Assembly (NCBI RefSeq): GCF_018350175.1
Contig: NC_058368.1
Location: 95,792,001 to 95,856,000 of the forward strand
Source: Felis catus
Taxonomy: Eukaryota
Length of the DNA stretch: 64,000 nucleotides
Reading direction: 5' to 3'
The notes beneath the pieces were generated by a model, which did not search any database, was not told where the DNA came from, and saw only the letters and a list, made by a program, of their open reading frames with translations. The stretch's first letter is position 1, and each line of letters starts with the position of its first letter. Made by a program: the position numbers and the translations under genes. Shown here piece by piece: positions 50,250-60,468 of this stretch.

Positions 50250-50535
50250 AATGCTTTTTCTCAACTCTTGATGATTTAGGTGTGACCTCAGGTATTCTAC
50301 AGGAAAACTTCCATGTAGCCCTGGTCTAAATTTGGTCCGTCAGTATTATGTAGTACAATGCCATATTCTTCTAGTTGGTGGCACCTTTCATGACTGGAAC
50401 TTAAATATTTCATTATGTGTTTGTTTCATGTCTGCCTCCTCATGAGGGTAGGAGACCACATGGGGTGCGTTTAATACTTTATCTCTGGCACTCTGCACAG
50501 TGCCTGGCCCGTGGAAAGCAAGCAATAAATATGGC
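50250..50535 (+). mobile_element. L2 fragment
   Basis: tgtctgcctcctcatgagggtaggagacc..tatctctggcactctgcacagtgcctggc..caataaatatgg. Confidence 0.65.
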
Positions 50536-51169
50536 AGAAACTTTGAAAGGAGTCATTTGGATGAACTGGGATCCTTGGCTAAGAAGCAGAGGTTGGGACT
50601 AACCTCAAATATTAGGAAAGCTAATTAAGAAGGCATGTTAACACTGTCAACACTGACTTAAATACTTGCCCTTGGTGATTATAAAATAGTTACTGTTTTT
50701 TGCGTGCTTGCTACGTACCAGTGTTCTTCATTACAGATTTAACTGCTTGAAGTTTTACAGAAATTCTAAAGATTAGATGCTGTCCTTCATCCCTCTTTGC
50801 ACACCCTGGCTGTGGTGGAACTGACATTTTACCTTGTTCTCGTGACTTTTGGCCCAAGCTCCTTTAGGAGCTAATGTGCCCATATTTATTACCCATTTTT
50901 TTTAACCTCCTTTTCAGCGCTATCTAGTTGATTTAGTCTTTTTTCACCTCGATAGATATGGACTGAATGTTCGAAAGCAGCCGTATTGAAATATAGTTTA
51001 ACACAACACACTGGACCAGTGTCAATATACAGCTTGATGAGTTTTCATGCATGTTCAGAATTGTGTGATCATTACAGCTAAGTCCTGAAGCAACGCCATC
51101 ACCACAAACAGTTGCTTTCTGCCCCCTTAAGCTTTTCGCTCTTTCCTAATCCTGGCCTCTGCCATCCTG

Positions 51170-51371
51170 GTTTTTTTTCAGTTTATTTATTCATTTTTGG
51201 GCGGCAGAGAAAGTGTGAGTTGGGGAGGGGCAGAGAGGGAGAGAGAGAGAATCCCAAGCAGGCTCTGCAATGTCAGTGCAGAGCCCGACGCGGGGCTCCA
51301 TCCCATAAACCCTGAGATCATGACCTGAGCCGAAGTCGGGCGCTTCGCCGACTGAGCCACCCGGGTGCGCC
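51170..51371 (-). mobile_element. Can-SINE
   Basis: Full body ending gagccacccgggtgcgcc. Confidence 0.93.
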
Positions 51372-51694
51372 TTGATTCCTGCTTTGAGCTAATGTGAATA
51401 AAGTTCCATGAACACTTGGTTTCAGACTTTTGTGTAAACAGGCAGGTACTGCATTTTAATCAGTGATGTGAATGTATTTAGAAATGGACACGAAGTAGAT
51501 TTTTAACGAGAGCATTTAAGCTAGACCACTGGCAGTTAATTTTTTCAACCTTATGTGATCTCTTCTCCTCCTGTTCTTCCTCCTTCTTCTGTAGTTGGAT
51601 GATTTTTTTTTCTTTTAATTCGGTCTATCAACAGTTGAAACCTCCCACTATGAACATGCGTTTACTGGTTTCTCCCTGAAGGTGTACTTATTTG

Positions 51695-52060
51695 TTTATT
51701 TCTTATTGAAGCTTAGTTGACACACAACGTTACATCACTGTCCGGTGTCCAGTGTAGCCGTTCAAAAGTTCTGTACATCGTGCTGTGCTCCGCACAAGTG
51801 TAGCTACCAGCTGTCGCCATACAATGCTCTTACAATATCATCGACTGCATTTCCCATGCTGAACTTTATATTCCCGTGACTTGCTTACTTTATAACTGGA
51901 AGTTTACCCCCTTTTCATTGCCTTTACCTATCTCGCCCATGCTCCCACTGTTTCCCTTTGGCAACCACCAATGTGTACTCTGTATTTATGGGTTTTCTTC
52001 CCCCGCTTTTTTATTTGGTTATTTATTTTTTGAGATTCCACATACATGTGAAATCATAGG
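51695..52060 (-). mobile_element. L1 3' UTR fragment
   Basis: ttattgaagcttagttgacacacaacgttaca..gtgtagctacca..ataactggaagttt..ggcaaccacca..gattccacatacatgtgaaatcata. Confidence 0.88.
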
Positions 52061-52097
52061 GTTGACCTCTCTTCTAAGTAGAAATTTTTCTATACTG

Positions 52098-52293
52098 TTT
52101 TTTTTTTTTTTCTTTTTCTGAGAGAGAAAAAGAGCACGAGGGGGCAGGGGAAAGGGGTAGAAGGAGAGAATCGTGAGCAGCCTCCACACTGTCAGCACAG
52201 AGCCGAACGCGGGGGGTTTGATCCCATGTGCCTTGAGATCGTGACCTGAGCTGAAATCAAGAGTTGGACGCTCAACGTCACCCATGCACCCCT
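52098..52293 (-). mobile_element. Can-SINE
   Basis: gagatcgtgacctgagctgaaatcaagagttggacgctcaac. Confidence 0.9.
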
Positions 52294-52989
52294 CTTTACA
52301 TGATTTTCAAGCCAGGAAAGTCACTATCGAACATCAGTGACTTAAATCCCTTGGAAATTGTTTTTTCGTTTCTACAGAATCGCACTGCTCTTTCTTTTTA
52401 CAACTAAATAATGGTGATAAACAGTAATAATTTTTGATTTCTTTAATGTTAGTGGGAAGCTTTGCCTTAAATGAAGCTGGACAGGATTTAAAACTTTGCG
52501 TTGTATCTGCCTGTGTCTTTAAGCACAGAGACATAGCACAGTTTATAAGGTGAAGTTGGGTATCTCGTGAGCAGTTATAAATGGGAACGGGGTGGGGCAG
52601 AATGACAGTTCTTATCCATAATATATGTTTTTCATGGTGCACTAATACCTCACCCACAAAGAGCTCTGTCAAATTACACAATCAGGAAAAAAAAAGAATT
52701 AAAAAAAAAGAAACAACCAATAGGAAAATAAAAGATATAATCTAGTGCATTTCAAATATTAGTGTATATCAGGCATAATTCACATTCATTCAGTTTTATT
52801 CTGAGGCTTTTCATAATGAGATATTAATAGAGGTAATTTGGCTCCTGACGCCAATGTGAATCTCATCCAATGTGATGCATGAAAGCCGAGAATAAGCAAA
52901 AAATGAAGATGATTTTTATCACTCAGCCCATCCAGGTTCTGAAGAGTAGTGGCCCTGTCCTTTCTCCCTGGTTAAACTTGAAGGGAATC

Positions 52990-53200
52990 AGGGTGCCTGG
53001 GTAGCTCAGTTGGTTAAGCATCCAGCTTGGTCTCAGGTCATGAGCTCACGGTTCATGAGTTCAAGCCCCACATCAGGCCCTGTGCTGATAGTTCAGAGCA
53101 TGGAGCCTGCCAAAAATTTGTTCTTTTTCTGCCCCTCTCCTGCTCACACACTGTTTGTCTCTCTCTCTCAAATATAAAAAAACATTAAAAAACAAACAAA
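52990..53200 (+). mobile_element. SINEC_Fc-type SINE
   Basis: Full body; TSD tgaagggaatca. Confidence 0.92.
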
Positions 53201-53674
53201 CATGAAGGGAATCAATCACTAAAGATTACCTGAAACAGACCAGTGCTATTTCTTGCATTCTGGTGCTGGGTCTGTGGGAGGACAGGTGCTGTATCAGTAG
53301 GGAATCCTCACATCTCCTTGTGACAGCAGAATTTTGTGACAAGGTGGAGCTTATCAGGGGACCAATCATGAAAGGGATTTTGAGGCCTTAACTCCCAGGG
53401 GTAACTCTTATAGGAAGACATTTTATGAAATTGCAGTGTAATTCCCAAAGCCATGGATGTATATTTAATATTAGGAATAAATTAATACCCAAGGGAATTG
53501 GGATGCTATTTTTAAACTATTTAGAGATCTTTGTAAGAATATGACTGGCTAAAAAAGGGCTATTTCCATCTAAATATAATATGACGAGAAAGATTGTGGA
53601 TTTTTGAACGATAGTGACATGATTTAAACCTCATTCTCTGAGAGAAAATATGCTTTTTACTAAAGATTTTATTT

Positions 53675-53891
53675 TTAAATTTTTTTTCCAACGTTTATTT
53701 ATTTTTGGGACAGAGAAAGACAGAGCATGAACGGGGGAGGGGCAGAGGGAGAGGGAGACACAGAATCAGAAACAGGCTCCAGGCTCTGAGCCATCAGCCC
53801 AGAGCCCGACGCGGGGCTCGAACTCCCGGACCGCGAGATCGTGACCTGGCTGAAGTCGGACGCTTAACCGACTGCGCCACCCAGGCGTCCC
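53675..53891 (-). mobile_element. Young SINEC_Fc
   Basis: gccatcagcc, gactgcgccacc, CpG-rich; TSD aaagattttattttta. Confidence 0.96.
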
Positions 53892-53998
53892 AAAGATTTT
53901 ATTTTTAAGTAGGCTCCACACCCAGTATGGGGCTTGAACTCACAACCTTGAGATCAAGAGTCACACACTCTACCCACTTGAGTCAGCCAGCTGCCCCC
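53892..53998 (-). mobile_element. Short tRNA-Lys-like Can-SINE without (CT)n (SINEC_old-like)
   Basis: Reverse complement ggggcagctggctgactcaagtgggtagagtgtgtgactcttgatctcaaggttgtgagttcaagcccc..cttaaaaataaaatcttt. Confidence 0.85.
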
Positions 53999-55120
53999 AA
54001 AATAAGCTTTTGAGTAAGACTTCAAACTCCTCAAAATTCATTTTTGTAGGTGATTTTTTCCACGAATGAATCAGTGTTATCTGTCCATATTAATTGGCAT
54101 TGCATTTCTTTGCTTTTATGTGGCCAGGGGTTCAGAATGAAGCTCTCTAATGTACCAAATGGTGTATATGTGTCCACCTCAATAGATGTTAGCCAAAAGC
54201 TCTCCAATGTTTGCTTTTGCAGCAGACTCCATTCTCTCCCATGGGGTATCCTACAAAAGTCATTTTGTTTGTATGTTTCACATCAATTCCACAAAGTTCT
54301 CTTTTTGTGTCCACCCACATGTTAATTTCTCTGGTTTTTGAGTGTCACCTTACACACCTTGTTGTACTGTACCTATATGAAAATAACTTTGTTTTCAAAG
54401 TGATCTTGGTTCTAGGAGCATGTGATAAGGAGAGAGACCCAGTTTTTAGATGGGTATATTACCTAAAATTCTAATATGGGATATGTGATCCGGAAGAAAA
54501 AACAAAAGAAAAAAAACTCACTCTGCTCTGAGTTCCAAAGCTGTTGCAATGCGTATTTAATTACAGAAGCAGAGCTAACAAGCTGTGAATGAGGACCACT
54601 CCATCTGTAAGGAGCTCTTTTCTTTCCTGCCCTCTCGATTTCTTAAAGAATGTGTATTCATAGGGGACAAGGTCGGACAGAGGAACACTTAACTACTAGC
54701 AAGCATTTTGACTTCAAACCTCACTGCACTCTCTTTGGTAGCAGGTGGGAATATCTACAAAACAAATTTGCTTAGATTTATAGCCATATTAGTTGGAGCA
54801 CCCTTTTTTACTTTCCTGTCTTAGGCCTCAAGGCTTTGGTGGCGAAGGATGTCCAGTCTAGACTACGTGAGGCAAAAATAAGTGAGTTTGAGTCTGTCGA
54901 GGAAAGCGTTAGATCAGATCACCTATGAATAGCCTGGTCCCCTCAGTTTGACAAAAAGGCCTGAGATGTAGCTTGTCTTGTCAATCAGGGGAAAAATTGC
55001 TAGAGGCCAGAGAAACGTAATAGGGACGACCCCAGGCCCCTAACACACTGATCTTCGATTCCAAGGGCTGCCCTATCTTGCCTCTCCAGACTCATGAAAG
55101 AAAATGCATACAGAGAGACA

Positions 55121-55323
55121 GGGCCACCTTGGTGACTCCGTCCTTTAAGTGACTTTGGCTCAGGTCGTGATCTCACGGTTCAGGTCATGATCTCACGGTT
55201 AGTTCAAGCCCCACATCAGGCACTCTGCTTTCAGCACAAAGCCTGATTCAGATCCTCTGTACCCATCCCCACCCCCGCCCCTCCCCTGCTTGTGTTTTCT
55301 GTCTCTCTCAAAATAAATAAACT
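55121..55323 (+). mobile_element. Can-SINE with internal 20-bp duplication
   Basis: caggtc(g/a)tgatctcacggtt x2 at 55161-55200; CT tract and tail. Confidence 0.88.
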
Positions 55324-55327
55324 TCAA

Positions 55328-55511
55328 TTTTGTTTAACATTTATTTATTTTTTTTTTTTGAGAGAGAGAGAGGGAGACACAGAAACCAAACCAGGCTCCA
55401 GGCTAAGCATTGTCAGCACAGAGCTTGACATGGGGCTTGAACCCATGAGTTGTGAGATCATGACCTGAGCTGAAGTCAGACATTCAATCGACTGAGCCAC
55501 CCAGGTGCCCC
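55328..55511 (-). mobile_element. SINEC_Fc-type SINE inserted in the tail of the preceding SINE
   Basis: Full body; aataaataaactt on both sides. Confidence 0.92.
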
Positions 55512-55531
55512 AGAATAAATAAATAAACTTT

Positions 55532-55533
<2 letters not shown>

Positions 55534-55574
<41 letters not shown>
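55534..55574. repeat. (GA)n microsatellite
   Basis: Seen directly. Confidence 0.97.
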
Positions 55575-55579
<5 letters not shown>

Positions 55580-56794
55580 TATCTGCCCTAATATACTTCC
55601 TTTTGCTCCTGGTAAATCCCATTCTCTAACTCATCCCAATAAATATTTGCTGCCTTGGTTAATCAGTAAGCAACAGTCTCCCTCCTGAGGGCTGGAGTAA
55701 GAAAGGAGGCAAGTTGTGAGCTGGCTACACTAAGTCCAACATCTATAGGTTGAGTTTTTTACCCACAGGACAGAGGTAGCGCTATAGACCATCTAAGCAG
55801 ATTCCTCAGCTCATAGCTTAGTGTCTTAACACAATTTCATGACCTTTCCCTTGGTGAAGCAAATGCTCCTGCTCATCAGTAGCTAAAGAATAATCTGGAT
55901 TTTTTTTTCTGGGCAAGAAATGTTTATGTCTGTATTGATTTATGTCGCTGCTCACAAGTTCATAGAAGGTTCAATTATTATTCTCAACTAATGTATGTAA
56001 CCGTAGATCTTACATGGGTAATGGGAATCCATTTTAGTCTAAATTTGCCTTTAACTTAAATGTAATAAAATGGGTAGGTCTTTGGAGATGGGAAGAAAGA
56101 GGGATGTGAGAATCAAATGGTGAGTCTGGAGACTCAAACTGTTTTCTTTCTATCAGAACTTCTGTGCAGCAGTGTGATATCATCAGATAGTTCTACACAT
56201 TGAACATTTTCTTTCTCTAAACATCAGTGGAGTTGAAGCCTGAAGCAGATGACAACGTGATGTTTTATCTGCTTCTGTGTCAGTTGGGTTGACTGCAGCA
56301 GCATGCCAGTGATTACACCTTTTTAAGTCTCTGCAAAGACAAGTTTTTTTTTTTCTCTTAATTCAAATTGAATTCACACAGTATACTGTGGCATGTTTCT
56401 TCAAACACCTTGCTTTCAAGCACTTTCCAATTAATAAAGACTTGGGGAATGTTTTCTGGAATTAATGAGGTTTTTCAAGACACATGCTATTGAAAGCACA
56501 ACTCTTTGTTTCTGTTGCTATTTATACCGCCTCTTGGAGATTTTACTATTAGGTGTTTGTTTCTTTGTTTTTTTTTTTTTTTTTTTGTTTGTTTGTTTGT
56601 TTTTGACAGCTCTGCATGAAGTCACTTATAAAAAATGAATTTTCCCTTTCATTCTTGTAATCTTATATGTGTAACAAGCTAAGTGCTTACTAAATTGAAT
56701 AAACACTCCATGGGCAGTATTGAATATGATACATTACAATGTGTTTTAAAATGATGAAATACAATATTAAGAATAGGAGGTAGTAGTTTCAAAG

Positions 56795-56942
56795 ACAGAA
56801 CATAATACAAGAATAATCTTAGGAGTCAAATATTAGTTCAGAGGAACAGAATAAACTATTACTCTACTACAGAACATAATACAAGAATAATCTTAGGAGT
56901 CAAATATTAGTTCAGAGGAACAGAATAAACTATTACTCTACT
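56795..56942. repeat. 74-bp perfect tandem duplication
   Basis: 56795-56868 is identical to 56869-56942. Confidence 0.96.
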
Positions 56943-57189
56943 ATCACCAAAATATTTCAACGTCTTATAGCATCTGCTCAGTGTAATCATTTGTATTGAT
57001 TGATAATCAATAATTTCCAGTTGATTGGAAATCTGTGACTTGTGTCCAAATTTGGGGAGATTTCTTTTTTGGTGGTTGGATAGCCATTATTCATGACTAT
57101 TTTCTTTGGTTTCCAGTGTTGCTAATATTCTTCTTTGAATTACATGTGCTATTTTCATTGTTTTCTCCAAAAGTACATCATTGAATGAA

Positions 57190-57397
57190 TTTTTTAAAGA
57201 CATATTTATATATTTTTGAAAGAGAGAGAAAGTGCAAGTGGAGGAGGGGCAGAGAGAGAAGGAGAGAGAGAGAGACTCCCAAGAAGGCTTCCCTGGGTCA
57301 GCACAGAGCCGAAGGTAGGGCTTGAACCCAGGTACCATGAGATCATGATCTGAGCCAAAGTCGGACCCTTGACTAACTGAGCCACCCGGGTGCCCCC
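57190..57397 (-). mobile_element. Can-SINE
   Basis: Full body; TSD catcattgaatgaat / catcatcgagtgaat. Confidence 0.92.
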
Positions 57398-57399
57398 AT

Positions 57400-58930
57400 C
57401 ATCGAGTGAATCTTAAAGGAAGAATATATAGGAAATAACATTGCTGAGTCTGTTCATGTCTGACAAATTCCTTACTTCCCTACTTGGCCCTCAGACTTAA
57501 TGATATTTTGGCTGGGTATAGAATCGCAAGTCAATAATTAGCTTTCTGCCCAGAGCTTTGAGGGATTCAATTCTTAATACTTAGAAACTAGAAAGGCAGG
57601 TAAGAGTATCCATACTAAAGTCAGTTTTAGTTCTTGGTGAATAACCATTTTTACTGCTCTTTCTCTGAAATATTTTGAACCTATTCTTTTAACATATGTT
57701 TTCTGAAATGCCAAATTCTAAGTGGTGCAATTTTTGTCATCGATCTTGGTCTTTTCATTGTGAAGATTGGGATCTTTGGTTTGGGAAATTTTTATTATGT
57801 GATTATTATTCATGTTCATCTTTTTTAGAACTTTCTCTAGAACGCATAGTAAAGAGGTATCTGTGAACCTTACTCTCTCTTCAATCATCTTTGTTCTATT
57901 TAGATTTAACATTCTTCTTTGAGCAGTACCCAGTTATATACATTTTCACAACTTAAAAATAAAAATGCAATGAATACACAAACTTGAAAAATAAATCTCT
58001 TTTCTCTTTGGCTGTCAAATATATCTTCTTTTTTACCCCCATGGGAGCTTACTATGGTAAAGGAGTTTCTCTGTCTTGCTGGCTTTTTTTCCTCTTAATA
58101 TATTTTGGAGATAATTCCATCATAGCCTATATAAATAGATCTACCTTTTAAACTATTGTCTGGCTCTCTTATAATCTGGTTTGCCTGTCTAATCTTGATG
58201 GCTGTCTATGCAGATTCTAGTCTTTGGCTTCCATAAACAATGATAAAAGTTTTCATGGAAATATTTTGTGTCTATAGTTTGCATGTCTATAAAATAAAAT
58301 CCAGAAGTAGAAATACTAATTAAAAAGATACTTGATTTTAGTATTGTGGTATATATTTGCTTAATATTTTGTTGAGTTTCTCTCCAGAGCGGCTACAGAT
58401 ATTTATATTCCTAAGAACAGTGAATGCCTCTTTCCCCACACTTTGCCAATGCTGGGTGTTAATTTGCTTTTTGATGGATGCTGATCACAGTAGTAAAAAA
58501 AAATAACCTTTGGTTTTGGTTTGCAGTTTTTCAGTTGTGAGTAAATGTGAACATTTTTCAAATACATCAGTGCCATTTGTGGTTTGGTTTTTTCTCATAG
58601 GAAATGTCTTTTACATCCAATGCCCATTCTTTTCCCTAAGAATTTGTCATTTTTCCTTACTGATTTGGGACCTACCTATATAGGATAGAAATAACTTTTT
58701 CTTTGCTGATTTGAAACCTACCTATATAGAATAGAAATAATTTTGTATATCACATGTGGTAGTATTCTCCTTTTGGTTTGTAGTATGTTTTAAAGTTTGT
58801 TGCCATTGTTTTTTCACATGTGACTTCGATTTTCTATGAATTCAAACACATCAATTTTGTTTGTTATGGCTTTCCAATTGGTATATACTTAAACTGTCCA
58901 CACTCTGAGATTACTAGACACATCTGGAGA
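57400..58930 (-). mobile_element. Old L1 (L1ME/L1M-type) fragments
   Basis: tgatattttggctgggtatagaatc, tgcctctttccccacactttgccaatgctggg and gtgaacatttttcaaatac are typical antisense L1M sequence. Confidence 0.7.
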
Positions 58931-58937
58931 TTTTATG

Positions 58938-58939
<2 letters not shown>

Positions 58940-58976
<37 letters not shown>
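58940..58976. repeat. (CA)n microsatellite
   Basis: Seen directly. Confidence 0.97.
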
Positions 58977-58978
<2 letters not shown>

Positions 58979-59534
58979 ACATACTCACATATGCATATAT
59001 ACATAAACCATACACACATACAAAGAATCACCCTTTTAAAGCTAAAAAGCTGACCATCAGGTTTATTTTTTAAGTTTAAAAGCAAGAAATTATCACTTGA
59101 AATTTTCTTCAATGCATTATTTATCAGAAGTGTAACTAGTTTCATGTTAAAAGTGTTTTTAGTTTCAGGTCATTTTCTACAAATTTTGGTACCTATCCTG
59201 TAATGCAAATGCATGCTCTTCTGTGCCTATAAATTAAGCATGAGACAAGTAATTAGGTGTCTTTAAGATGAAGACCTCAAATCTCTTCTCTCAAGAGTAT
59301 GTGCCTGTGAAACTTCTAAGGCTGTGAAAAAAACAAGAGCTATGAAAAACCACGGTTTAACCTCGCTAAATGCACCGGGTACCTTTATCTGTAACATGGG
59401 CAGTTCTTCTGCCTTATGTGTTACTTGCAAACCTAGGAGTACAAAGAGTCAGGTCAAAGTTCTTTGGAGTGTGAACTCTGGGTCAGGCCTTGTGCTAAGC
59501 TGTGGACATACAGCCTCATTTCCTGAGGGGCATA

Positions 59535-59700
59535 ACCGCTTGCTTTGGTAGGTAGTATTGTCTACACCGTTTTATAGTAAACCACAACTTGGAGGCATTA
59601 GGTAATTGCTCAACATCACCCGTGTAGAAAGCAGCAAGAAAAAAGCAGACGTGAAGTTTTCCTGACTCCCTAGCCCTCTCCACTTACTGTTTATTTCATA
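59535..59700 (-). mobile_element. MIR fragment
   Basis: ggtaggtagtattgtctacaccgttttatag..gaggcattaggtaattgctcaacatcac. Confidence 0.55.
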
Positions 59701-59909
59701 GTGCCTGTAACGTTTGTTACTGTGGCTGTAAGCTTTTGAGATGGGGATTCAAGAAAGAAGTAGCTGGTTTGCTGAAGCTAATTCTTTTTAACATATTCAA
59801 CTCCGTATTTTTTAGTCTTTATATTTGATAATCTTTAAGATTAAGGACATTGTGATAGTCTGTGGTCAACTGGAATGTATTATGCATTGGGTTTTATATT
59901 TAAAGTAAT

Positions 59910-60085
59910 TAGAGATTCAAGCTTTAGACTCATAGGGACCTGGATTCACAGCCTGTCTTTGAACTTAATGGCTGTATGACATCAGGCAAATTAATTAACC
60001 TTTAAATCCAATTATACTATCTTCTAAGAAATGAGATTAATAATGGCACCCATTTCAAGAGGTTGCGAGGGTGTTAAATGAACGT
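59910..60085 (+). mobile_element. MIR
   Basis: gacctggattca..gctgtatgacatcaggcaaattaattaacct..gagattaataatggcacc..ggttgcgagggtgttaaatga. Confidence 0.7.
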
Positions 60086-60097
60086 AAGCTTCTCCAG

Positions 60098-60185
60098 AGT
60101 CTTATTTTGCCTATCACCATATCCCAGGCACCTGGAAAAATGTCTATCCATAGTAGCTGCTCAATAAATACTCATTGAATAAGTA
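60098..60185 (+). mobile_element. L2 3' end
   Basis: atatcccaggcacctgg..catagtagctgctcaataaatactcattgaata. Confidence 0.7.
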
Positions 60186-60264
60186 TCAAAAGTTTATTGC
60201 ACTGCCCCTGGATTTGTCACTATTAGCCAATGCAAAGAATAAGAGCACACATTTCTAGTTTTCT

Positions 60265-60468
60265 TTAAATTTTATTTTCTAAGTTATTTTTAATTACTAT
60301 TATTATTTTTTTTAGCGAGAGCAAGTGAAGCAGGGGAGAGGGACCGAGGGGAGAGAGAGAGAATCTTAAGCAGACCCCAACACGGGGCTAGATCCAGGAG
60401 CATGGGATCATGACCTGAGCCAAAACCAAGAGTCAGACACTCCACTGACTGAGTCACCCAGGTGCCCC
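60265..60468 (-). mobile_element. Can-SINE (older)
   Basis: gggatcatgacctgagccaaaaccaagagtcagacact..gagtcacccaggtgcccc; TSD tagtt(t/c)tctttaaat. Confidence 0.9.

Noticed and set aside
53892..53998. tRNA-Lys-like sequence
   Set aside because: It has the Can-SINE 5' end and A-rich 3' tail and is diverged, so it is a SINE, not a tRNA gene.
54860..55720. Possible solo ERV LTR around the inverted SINE pair (aataaa at ~55638)
   Set aside because: I could not match it to a family or define its termini with confidence.
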